Below the pieces are notes generated by a model, which saw nothing but the letters and a program-made list of their open reading frames with translations, ran no database searches and had not been told where the DNA came from. From positions 1-32,324 of IMG/VR virus record IMGVR_UViG_3300014208_000099: a DNA stretch of 32,324 nucleotides, one strand, 5' to 3'. The stretch comes from a virus. Its lineage: Duplodnaviria > Caudoviricetes. Shown here in pieces: positions 24,566-32,324 of the stretch (its first letter is position 1; each line of letters starts with the position of its first letter). The translations under genes and the position numbers were made by a program.

Positions 24566-26131
24566 CTATTTTTTAAAAGTTCTCCTGACAAAACAACTAT
24601 CAATATAAGGTCTGCCTATTGCCAACTGCTGTAAAACAGCAACTTCAGTAAAAACCGTCTCTTCGTGTCTCATCTTATCAATAGACAAATACATCAATCC
24701 GTTTTGAGAATCCTCTGGTTTTTGATTCAAAGCAATACCAAGATCTATGCCTCTTCTTTTTTCAATACTATCCGCCCAACTCGCTTTACCAACCTTCTTG
24801 CCACTTCTCTCTGTATTACTTTGACTCGCAGTCGCCCATAAACAAGATTTCTCCTGAGCCAATCCTTTGTGACCAGCCCATATCTTGTCTATACTATTTT
24901 TAGCATCCTGCGGATTACTCCACTTGTATTTATCGGCATAATCACTTATTCCCACATCAACAATAAAATCATCATAATACTCCAGATTATTCACATATGC
25001 CGTCATCTCCTCTATTGTCAAAGAATCCATTGGAAATTCTACCAAATGAAGTTTGCCCATCTTTTTTAAAGATCCCGTTCTCTCCATTACGGCATGTTTT
25101 TTAATCGCTACGGCCGAGTCTAAAATATCCCTCTGTTCCACCTTCCACCAAGTAGTCATCATGGAATCATCCCAGTTTTGACGACAAGCAGAACAAGGAG
25201 AATAGTCTGTCCTTTCAGTCCCCGGTATTGGGAGATTACCATCTTCATCATACAAGCCCACCTGACAAGTTCTCTCTTTCATAGTACAAATATCCGCCTG
25301 ATTTTTTAAGCAATCAAAAACAGGAATGAGAACACGCCCTTCTCCCTTTGTAGGACTACCGGTCAGATCCTGCCACATTCTTCTACCCATCTTTTTCTCT
25401 TTCATCTCCAAAGAAAAAAACACGACATTAAAACCGGCCATCACCGCAAGTCGGGCAATAAACCAAAGCCACCATGTTTTGCCAACCCCGCTCTCCGCCT
25501 GGAAAGCTATTAAAAAACCCCGCTCCAACTGACCACAAGCTTCCCCCAAAGCGCCCGGGAAAGAAAAGAGAACATCAGGATTTTCCTCCTGTGGCTTATT
25601 GGCTTCAAGAATAAAATTGACATCCCTTAAGGGATCAACCCCTCTTGCACTCATTCGGGCAGGCCTTTTATATTCTTTAACCATTGCTTCCCCTTGTTCC
25701 GGTTTACCCCCTTTAATAGCCTTGTCAATATTATTACGCAACTCTCTTAATCCCACCAAACGAAAATGATTCTCCGTCAGATCTAAAATATACGGGACAT
25801 TAAAAGCCTCAGATCTTTCATATTCGTCACTTATATCCGTTAAAAAAGCCTCTATCAAAGAAGCCTGTCCTTCATCAAGCTCCTTTCTATGGACTAAATA
25901 AATCTGTTCTATATTCTTGCCCGGAGAACAGCCATAATTATTCCAATACTCCAGACACCAGGAAGCGACCTTACCGGCAAAATCCGCTTCAAATCTCCCC
26001 GCATCAATTACTGGTTTTGCCTCCTGTATAAATTTATCCGAAACAATCAATCCCTTGACAATCAATCTTTCCACCCACCCGTCTTCCGGGTTCTTTCTTT
26101 TTCTCACCAAACCATCAAAATCATCTCCCAT
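24566..26131 (-). CDS. dnaB: DnaB-like (SF4) replicative helicase with Cys-rich insertion
   Basis: AESGVGKT Walker A, FFSLEM, SDYAD, TASQSN, KMRH motifs. Confidence 0.85.
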   Translation of the reverse strand: MGDDFDGLVRKRKNPEDGWVERLIVKGLIVSDKFIQEAKPVIDAGRFEADFAGKVASWCLEYWNNYGCSPGKNIEQIYLVHRKELDEGQASLIEAFLTDISDEYERSEAFNVPYILDLTENHFRLVGLRELRNNIDKAIKGGKPEQGEAMVKEYKRPARMSARGVDPLRDVNFILEANKPQEENPDVLFSFPGALGEACGQLERGFLIAFQAESGVGKTWWLWFIARLAVMAGFNVVFFSLEMKEKKMGRRMWQDLTGSPTKGEGRVLIPVFDCLKNQADICTMKERTCQVGLYDEDGNLPIPGTERTDYSPCSACRQNWDDSMMTTWWKVEQRDILDSAVAIKKHAVMERTGSLKKMGKLHLVEFPMDSLTIEEMTAYVNNLEYYDDFIVDVGISDYADKYKWSNPQDAKNSIDKIWAGHKGLAQEKSCLWATASQSNTERSGKKVGKASWADSIEKRRGIDLGIALNQKPEDSQNGLMYLSIDKMRHEETVFTEVAVLQQLAIGRPYIDSCFVRRTFKK

Positions 26132-26154
26132 TTAAGTTACCCCTTGCGATCCGC

Positions 26155-26481
26155 TCAGCTCTTTTTTTGATATCGAGTAGGTTCAAGTTTCAATAAACCA
26201 GCTATTCTCCGCTTCTTTGCCCCTCCGTCAGGCCAAGGTAGACAATCATTATCCGAACATTCATAAACAAGAAATCCCTGCATCTTATGATAAGTATAAT
26301 TAATTACTCCCTTACAAATAGGGCAGACATCTTGCCCTTGAATATATCCAACACCATCTTCTTTAAACTTAGTTGTCAAAGCATCATAAAACTTTTCTGC
26401 CGCTGGATGAATCTCCGGGGCCATCCTTCTTCTGCGGATAAGAGAAAATTTATTTATCAATAAAGGAGATCTTGTTCTCAT
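26155..26481 (-). CDS. Small Zn-ribbon protein; start may be at MAPEIH
   Basis: CPIC...CSDNDC. Confidence 0.6.
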   Translation of the reverse strand: MRTRSPLLINKFSLIRRRRMAPEIHPAAEKFYDALTTKFKEDGVGYIQGQDVCPICKGVINYTYHKMQGFLVYECSDNDCLPWPDGGAKKRRIAGLLKLEPTRYQKKS

Positions 26482-27857
26482 AAATTCACCTCAAAACTAC
26501 GATAATAACCCTGTAGCTCTTTTAAAAAGTCCTGGAAATAACCACGGGGAGCAAACATGGCTTTCTTGTCCAGTCGATTTTGTTTCTTTAAATAAATAGC
26601 ATAATTCAAAAACATTGGAACTAATTTACCGGGAGATCCGACACCAATTATCCTCTTCAATTTCGAATTTTCAAAACCATTGTCAGAGACAAAATCAAAT
26701 ATGCCATCTTCCAAAGCTCTTTTCTCCATTATTCTAATACCGCGATAAACCTGTTCCATCTCCTGCTCCGAAAAATCCTTTAACAAACCTCTCTCTTTAA
26801 AACAGGCAGTATATTGAGGAAGACGATCTTGATCCGCCCGGGCTTTTATTGTCGGATTAGCCAAAATAGACAGGAGCATACTGCTACATCTATGAGGATT
26901 ATAAATAAATGCCTCCAAAGATCTTGGAAGGCTCTTTTTATTAGTCGGGGCATAACCAGGTTTAAATAGTAAAGGGTATTTTGAAACCGCTATAAAAATT
27001 TCCCTTTCTGTAAAAGCTCTGTTTTTTCTTATCCAGCTCTGAGGGATCTTAGCATTATTAATAAAAGCATCACTAAGTTTGTTAATGTTAAAAAAAGTTC
27101 CTCTCTTTAAATAATCAAGATCTTTTGATGCCCTGCAGATTGCTTTGGTCGTTCTGTCCAGATGCCGGGAGGTTTCTGGCATCTGATTCCAGAAATCCAA
27201 AATTGTTTTTTTCCACCCGGAAGTTATCCATTCCTTCGGTTTGGGAAGTTCTCTTATTGGCGCGTTTCTTTTTCTTTTTACTCTCAGGATATCGCAGACA
27301 GGTGGTGATTCAAAAGAATCGCTACAAGAGATATCTTTAGATATCTCAATATATGTTTTATTTATATATGGTTTCCTTATAAGGGGTGCCTTTTCAGGAA
27401 GGGCAAGCCCTTCCTTTTCAGGCAGGGCTGACATAGATCTGTTTGTCAGCCCTTGCGATAATGACAGGGCTGACAAATTATCTCTCTCCATAGCTTTTAA
27501 TTTGGCTTCAACATCAGCCACCAAGACATCAATATTGATCTTGTAAAACTCTTTACAAGGTATCCCGGCCATCTTAATTTCTAATACTCCAAGCTCCCGA
27601 AACATTCTTTTATAACCGCGCAGAGACCGCTCACTCATATGTTTGATCTGCTTCATTTGTTTTTCATGAGTTTGGAAAAACCAGACCCCTTCAAGGAGAT
27701 CTCCCTGAGAATGAAAATAAAGGAATTTATCTATCAAGTTTGATATAAAAATAGAGGCTTCTGCCCCGTAGACATATAAAAGATCTTTATTGATGGAGAG
27801 AAAGTTTGAGGATGAAAATTGTTTAAAAGATAAAACAGAAAAAGAATTGTCAACCAT
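26478..27857 (-). CDS. Phage replication initiator-like protein with N-terminal wHTH; start likely 27857 or 27863
   Basis: WFFQTHE...MSERS...LGVLEIKMAGIPCKEFYKIN wHTH; repeat-containing linker; located between primase and helicase; GGAGG RBS. Confidence 0.7.
   Translation of the reverse strand: MVDNSFSVLSFKQFSSSNFLSINKDLLYVYGAEASIFISNLIDKFLYFHSQGDLLEGVWFFQTHEKQMKQIKHMSERSLRGYKRMFRELGVLEIKMAGIPCKEFYKINIDVLVADVEAKLKAMERDNLSALSLSQGLTNRSMSALPEKEGLALPEKAPLIRKPYINKTYIEISKDISCSDSFESPPVCDILRVKRKRNAPIRELPKPKEWITSGWKKTILDFWNQMPETSRHLDRTTKAICRASKDLDYLKRGTFFNINKLSDAFINNAKIPQSWIRKNRAFTEREIFIAVSKYPLLFKPGYAPTNKKSLPRSLEAFIYNPHRCSSMLLSILANPTIKARADQDRLPQYTACFKERGLLKDFSEQEMEQVYRGIRIMEKRALEDGIFDFVSDNGFENSKLKRIIGVGSPGKLVPMFLNYAIYLKKQNRLDKKAMFAPRGYFQDFLKELQGYYRSFEVNL
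27328..27477. repeat. Iteron-like direct and inverted repeats inside the initiator gene, candidate replication origin
   Basis: CCTTTTCAGG(A/C)AGGGC at 27389 and 27413; AGGGCTGACA at 27424 and 27466 with inverted copy at 27444-27453; GAGATATCT-TT-AGATATCTC palindrome at 27328-27347; adjacent AT-rich tract. Confidence 0.7.
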
Positions 27858-27864
27858 ATACATT

Positions 27865-27964
27865 GCCTCCTTTGTCAAAAGTTAAGTGGGAGAGATGAAC
27901 GCAGGAGGCCACGAACATCTTTCCCACCTTTGTAAGAAATCAGGACTTGGCCGAGTCCATGATT
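27865..27964 (-). promoter_or_regulatory. Structured 5' leader of the initiator gene: two hairpins, one with an anti-SD in its loop
   Basis: Stems 27886-27897/27916-27927 and 27938-27964; loop GCCUCCU complementary to RBS AGGAGGC. Confidence 0.55.
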
Positions 27965-27982
27965 CCCCTATTACTAAACCAT

Positions 27983-27990
27983 ATTATATA
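27983..27990 (-). promoter_or_regulatory. TATATAAT -10-like element; also at 1571, 15630/15639, 18480, 23293 and 31609
   Basis: Same 8-mer on the coding strand in six intergenic gaps, each upstream of a gene start. Confidence 0.6.
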
Positions 27991-28015
27991 AAAAAGCTAT
28001 AATTTAAGAAAAAAT

Positions 28016-28924
28016 TTATAGGAGACCAGTCCGTATTTTATCCATCATTGCTGTTGCAGTACTTTGCGGGAGATTTCCACTATCAAAATGCTTTTCTGAA
28101 AACTCAAGGGAGACAACTTCTTTACCCATAACCAATAAATCAGTCGTTATTTTATTCATCATTCTCTCCCCGGCTTCATCAGGGTCAGAAAGAGTATAAA
28201 TTTTATCAAATCTACAAGCCAACAATCTAATTTGAGAATGGGTATATTCGACCCCAAAAGTTGCAAGACTCCCCGCCCCAAACCTCCAAACACCAGTCAC
28301 CCCTTCAACCACAAGACAGGTTTTTTGATCAGCAGGAACTTGATCCCAGCCATATAAAATATATTTATGGGAGATAACTTCTTCTTCCTCAGCACACGCT
28401 TTGTATTTGGAAGATTGCTTATCTGTGATATCTCTGCCTTGATAGGAAATTAATTGTCCTTGAAAATAAATAGGGGCGATCACCCTGAATTTATAATTGC
28501 CCGCTTCTCCAGTTCCTTTTAAATTCCAAAACGCCTCCAAATAATCAGGATCAAATTTTCTTGAGGCAAGATATCTTTTGTGGCGGGAGGTCATGGGTAA
28601 AGTCCCGGTAGGAAAGACGACCGATTCCGCCCTGACAATTTCCTTCTTCTCTTCTAAGTCCTTGCCTTTATATCTTTTAAGGAGAGCCTTGAGAGCGTCT
28701 CCTTTCATACCAGACAAGGTCGAAATTATACTCTTTATCGGGTGCCAACCACACCTATAACAACAAAAATACCCCCGCGCCTGGTCATAACCAAGATGAT
28801 AACCGGGATCTCCAGAACAGAGAGGGCAGGAGATGTTGATCCAGCCACGCCGATTATGTTTGTGATCTCCCGGCGCCGTCTTGATTCTAAAATCATCACA
28901 GAATAATTTAAAATCCATTATCAA
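28016..28924 (-). CDS. dnaG: DNA primase (Zn finger plus TOPRIM)
   Basis: CPLC...CYRC, RVIAPI, SYQGRDI, SKYK, VVEG, DPDEAG. Confidence 0.85.
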   Translation of the reverse strand: MIMDFKLFCDDFRIKTAPGDHKHNRRGWINISCPLCSGDPGYHLGYDQARGYFCCYRCGWHPIKSIISTLSGMKGDALKALLKRYKGKDLEEKKEIVRAESVVFPTGTLPMTSRHKRYLASRKFDPDYLEAFWNLKGTGEAGNYKFRVIAPIYFQGQLISYQGRDITDKQSSKYKACAEEEEVISHKYILYGWDQVPADQKTCLVVEGVTGVWRFGAGSLATFGVEYTHSQIRLLACRFDKIYTLSDPDEAGERMMNKITTDLLVMGKEVVSLEFSEKHFDSGNLPQSTATAMMDKIRTGLL

Positions 28925-29292
28925 GTTTCCCGGAGAACTTCAAAACAAGAGGCAATAAAATCTATCTCCCCGAGAGCTTTGCTAAAACCTTCTTCAGGGA
29001 AAGAAACGGCCCAACAAACCCCTATTTCTGACCACTCAATTATTCCTTCAACAGCCCCTCTAAAAAAAGCCTCTTGCCACCACAAACTTACTTTATCGCC
29101 TTCATAAATCTCTTTGCCATTCTTATCTTTCTTACCAGTAAATCTCTTCCTGCTAATCTCATGTTCATAAATATTGGCATATTGAAACCATTGAACAAGA
29201 TCTCCGCTCTCTATTTCTTTCAAAGTCAAATAACGATGGAATATACCTCCGTCTGGCTTTGTAATGGTGTATTTGAATTTTATCTCTGACAT
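28921..29292 (-). CDS. YopX-family protein
   Basis: FTGKKDKNGKEIYEGDKV signature. Confidence 0.8.
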   Translation of the reverse strand: MSEIKFKYTITKPDGGIFHRYLTLKEIESGDLVQWFQYANIYEHEISRKRFTGKKDKNGKEIYEGDKVSLWWQEAFFRGAVEGIIEWSEIGVCWAVSFPEEGFSKALGEIDFIASCFEVLRET

Positions 29293-29313
29293 GGTTTTCT
29301 CCTATCTTGCAGT

Positions 29314-30195
29314 TTATAAGCTTTCCCAATTCATCTCTATGTTCTTCAAGGTTTCCAAATACTTGTTTTCTTTAGAGAGAATGGATAAATATATATCTTT
29401 ATCCCGATATTTCAAAATATTACTTCTGACTAATCTTTGTAAAATATCTGGCTTTAAAGCATCTAATTCCCAACTATCGTCTCCGTACTTAAGCGAATAT
29501 TCTGAAAAACGGGAGTCGGTCACTTTGGCCGGGTTAGGAGGCGGAGAATATTTTTTGATCTGCGCCATTGTCAGGGCTATTCTATCAACTTTTACTTCTC
29601 CGATAAATAATTGCTGGCGATCAAATATATCTCTTGTCATATCAATTCCTGAAGGATCGTGATCTCCAAGATAAATTATAACAGGAGTCCTGCCCAACTC
29701 AGCATAGCCCTTAAGTCTTTGAGACGCTCTCCACATTTCAGATTGAGAGACATAGCCCCGACACGCAAAATAAGGAGTGTCTAAGTCCCGGCATACTCCC
29801 TCTATGACTCCTGTTAAAGCTTCTTTTTCAATCCAGACTTCAGGTTGCCAATATTGACTTATCCAATGATCAAGACGAAAACTCCTTGCCGCCGCCGAGA
29901 CAATTTCTCCCGGGTCTATCCAATGAGTAAGTTTTTGAAGGTTTCTTGACCGATCTTCAATTGAATCCCAGTCAATCAATCCGGCAAGTCGGGCGTCATT
30001 TATAATACTCCCGAGTCGGTGATATTCAGCTGTTTTATTTGCGATCCAGTCTTTGGCTACAAACTGATAATACAACTGCCTTAAGGTTAAGATAAGTGCT
30101 TCCTGCTGGTATTCTTCTATTATCAGATTAGCTTGCTCAATAATAAGTAAGCTCTCCCGTTGAAATTTCTTAGGGACATAACATTTTAATGGCAT
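29314..30195 (-). CDS. Topoisomerase VI subunit A/Spo11-like wHTH-TOPRIM protein; start revised to 30195
   Basis: LTLRQLYYQ, EVWIEKEAL, ACRGY, YLGDHDPSGIDM, WELDAL; AGGAG RBS before MPLKC. Confidence 0.75.
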   Translation of the reverse strand: MPLKCYVPKKFQRESLLIIEQANLIIEEYQQEALILTLRQLYYQFVAKDWIANKTAEYHRLGSIINDARLAGLIDWDSIEDRSRNLQKLTHWIDPGEIVSAAARSFRLDHWISQYWQPEVWIEKEALTGVIEGVCRDLDTPYFACRGYVSQSEMWRASQRLKGYAELGRTPVIIYLGDHDPSGIDMTRDIFDRQQLFIGEVKVDRIALTMAQIKKYSPPPNPAKVTDSRFSEYSLKYGDDSWELDALKPDILQRLVRSNILKYRDKDIYLSILSKENKYLETLKNIEMNWESL

Positions 30196-30212
30196 ATTCT
30201 TCTCCTTGTCTA

Positions 30213-31586
30213 TTATTTTTTCGCCGCTAATTTCCTGTATTGGATCTCCCGATTTTTTAAACTTCCATAGAGACATTTTATGTTAGGATCAAAATAATCA
30301 TAGATCTTTGCTTCTTTTTTACCCTGCTTTGGTCTTAACACTCTGCCGACATATTGAATAATTCTCCCGGCAAATTTTACCGGTAAAGTCAAAAACAAAG
30401 TAGAGAGATTATTGCAGTCAAAACCCTCTCCTATCAAATTGCCCGTAGCGATTAAAACCTTGATCTCCCCGCCATTAACCCTTTGAATGATCCGCTTTCT
30501 TTCTTTTGACCCTACACTACCTGTCAAAACAGCCGTCGCAACTTTACGGCGGGAGAGCAATAGGCTTTTTAATTCCTGACAGTGATCCTTTCTATCTGTC
30601 AAAACCAGACAAGTCTCCCCCTGTTTGACTTCATTAATAATGTCTTCGATAATCATTTCGTTCCTCATTGAATCACGAGACAATTCCCAAAGCAGTTTGG
30701 AATATTCATTTGCCGGATCGTCCAGCTCAGACTTAAAAAAAGTCTCCCGGAAAACAGGGGCAACCCCGACAATATCTCCTCCTGCAATCAAATCTTTTGC
30801 GGGTATTTTAACCAAAATATTTCCCGCGTACCAACCCACCACTTTTGTCAATCTATCTGCCCGGAAAGGAGTTGCAGACAAACCCGTCATATATTTGCCG
30901 GAGTATTCCTTAATAATATTGGTGAATGTCTTTGATGGAGTCCGGTGACATTCATCAACAAGCAAATAGCCATAATCATTTATCAGATCAGAATGGTTTC
31001 TCAATGTCTGGACAAGAGCAATGGTTATTAAGCGCCCTGTTTCTAATTTGCCGTCTCCAATACGGCCAATCTCGGATGCAGGTATTTTCAAAAAGGTTTT
31101 AACTCTCTCCACCCATTGATTAAGAAGCTCCTTTGTATGCACAATAATAATGGTTGGTTGCTTTCTTTGGGAGACCAGGTAAAGAGCCATGACTGTTTTG
31201 CCGGCTCCGGTAGGAGCACAAAGAGTCCCCTCATTCTTGGAGAGCATGGTATTAACGGCCTGTTTCTGGAAAGGCTTTAGCTCTCCATGAAAAACAAAAT
31301 TGACCGGATCGTAAAGATGAGTTTCGTCTCTCAGTCGAAACGGGAAAAAACGAGCCTGACAATAGTTTGTCAAATATGGGAGAAAGCCCCGTGGGGTCAG
31401 GATTGAGTTTACTGCGGTTTTGTCATAGAAGAAAAGAGTTTTCGGAGTGCCCCCGTTATATCTACCCATTCTCTTGTTTTGATCATATAAGGGGTTCGGC
31501 ATGGAGAGAGAGGAGCAGATAAAGTCGTCAAGACCCTTATCAGCTCCTCTTATTTCGATCTGATTTTTTACGATGAATGTAGGCAC
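30213..31586 (-). CDS. Superfamily 2 DExH helicase
   Basis: LKPFQ Q-motif, APTGAGKT, VDECH, GLSATP, GEGFD, QYVGRVLR. Confidence 0.92.
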   Translation of the reverse strand: MPTFIVKNQIEIRGADKGLDDFICSSLSMPNPLYDQNKRMGRYNGGTPKTLFFYDKTAVNSILTPRGFLPYLTNYCQARFFPFRLRDETHLYDPVNFVFHGELKPFQKQAVNTMLSKNEGTLCAPTGAGKTVMALYLVSQRKQPTIIIVHTKELLNQWVERVKTFLKIPASEIGRIGDGKLETGRLITIALVQTLRNHSDLINDYGYLLVDECHRTPSKTFTNIIKEYSGKYMTGLSATPFRADRLTKVVGWYAGNILVKIPAKDLIAGGDIVGVAPVFRETFFKSELDDPANEYSKLLWELSRDSMRNEMIIEDIINEVKQGETCLVLTDRKDHCQELKSLLLSRRKVATAVLTGSVGSKERKRIIQRVNGGEIKVLIATGNLIGEGFDCNNLSTLFLTLPVKFAGRIIQYVGRVLRPKQGKKEAKIYDYFDPNIKCLYGSLKNREIQYRKLAAKK

Positions 31587-31654
31587 TTTACTTCTCCTCT
31601 ATACCTACATTATATAAGATATTTTTGTTTTGTAAAAGAAAAATATTAATACGC

Positions 31655-32179
31655 TTACAAAATCGCTTTATGGATCTCCGCAAAAGCCGCTTTGATCCTT
31701 TTAAATTGCCATCCGCGACATTGACGAAAATAGTCTCTCAGACAGGCTTTCGTCACTTTGGTTATCCCAAAAACCTCAATTATTTCGAGCGGGGTTTCAA
31801 AAATAGCCTTGATCACTTCTTTACTGTCCGTAGAAAGATTATTAATGATCTGTCGAAATATCGCTTCCTGTTGAGGAGAAGATGTTGAAAACTCTCCGCA
31901 TTGATCAGGCTCTAAGTCGCCCTGCTCCAAGTGCCGGGCAGATCTCAAAGACCAGGAAATGTTGACCATATTACCAAAATGCATTTGGAGACTATTATAC
32001 AGATATGTGGAAAAAGAGGATTTTTCTTTATCATGGTTTTGAAGACATTTACAAAAAACAAGATTCCCTTCTGCCACCAACTCTTCCACATCCTTTCCGG
32101 TTCTTAATTGCCAAGCCCACGCTCTATTGAAGATCAGTTTGCGATATCTTTCATATATTATGACTTCTTTTTTATTCAT
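31655..32179 (-). CDS. Sigma70 region 2 (ECF-like) phage sigma factor
   Basis: YRKLIFNRA, DVEELVAEG, HDKEKSSFSTYLY region-2 pattern; region 4-like C-terminus. Confidence 0.7.
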   Translation of the reverse strand: MNKKEVIIYERYRKLIFNRAWAWQLRTGKDVEELVAEGNLVFCKCLQNHDKEKSSFSTYLYNSLQMHFGNMVNISWSLRSARHLEQGDLEPDQCGEFSTSSPQQEAIFRQIINNLSTDSKEVIKAIFETPLEIIEVFGITKVTKACLRDYFRQCRGWQFKRIKAAFAEIHKAIL

Positions 32180-32324
32180 CAGACAACCTCTCTTCCAGCT
32201 CTTCGGTCAGCCCTTTTAAATTTTTAAGTCCTTGAAGGATCTTCCCATCAAGCAGGTCATCCATAATATTCGCAATCTCGTCTTCTCCATCAAGAGCGAC
32301 CCGGGCAATTGTATCTCTTAACAA
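32172..32324 (-). CDS. 3' end of a gene entering from beyond the window (...ARVALDGEDEIANIMDDLLDG...EERLSDE*)
   Basis: Stop-free frame from the window edge to TAA overlapping the sigma gene start. Confidence 0.55.
   Translation of the reverse strand: MLRDTIARVALDGEDEIANIMDDLLDGKILQGLKNLKGLTEELEERLSDE

Noticed and set aside
838-31888. Plus-strand ORFs in the track (e.g. 20413-21027, 22476-22952, 11987-12490)
   Set aside because: Antisense shadows of well-supported minus-strand genes, with no motifs
1-32324. CRISPR array, tRNA, rRNA, integrase or IS element
   Set aside because: No regularly spaced repeats, cloverleaf, or recombinase/transposase motifs seen by eye; tRNAscan-SE was not run

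Overview
A 32 kb stretch of a large tailed (Caudoviricetes-like) bacteriophage genome in which essentially every credible gene is on the minus strand. In transcription order it carries: a sigma70-region-2 protein, an SF2 helicase, a TopoVI-A/Spo11-like TOPRIM protein, a YopX-like protein, primase, a replication initiator with internal iteron-like repeats, and a DnaB-like helicase. Next comes a 7-deazaguanine DNA-modification cluster (queD, queE, queC, a PRTase-folE fusion and a dpdA/TGT-like gene). After that are a bacterial-type replisome (beta-clamp-like, C-terminally short DnaE, DnaX-like clamp loader) and a T4-style recombination set (UvsY-like, gp32-like SSB, RecA, resolvase, SbcD and an SbcC split into two genes). 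The window ends with an Hc1-like histone-like protein, TerS and an intein-containing TerL. Most notable: (i) two free-standing mini-proteins, one missing from the ORF track, resemble the N-terminal module of DpdA, and dpdA has an internal RBS+ATG right after that module; (ii) the rep leader has an anti-SD in a hairpin loop, a potential pseudoknot switch; (iii) many proteins end in Arg-rich tails, including an identical KGRRNSFK written with synonymous codons; (iv) a frameshifted CCDCGLVH gene, a GATC cluster and an inverted repeat lie between terS and terL; (v) a TATATAAT element recurs in six intergenic gaps. All assignments come from motif recognition by eye; no searches were run.
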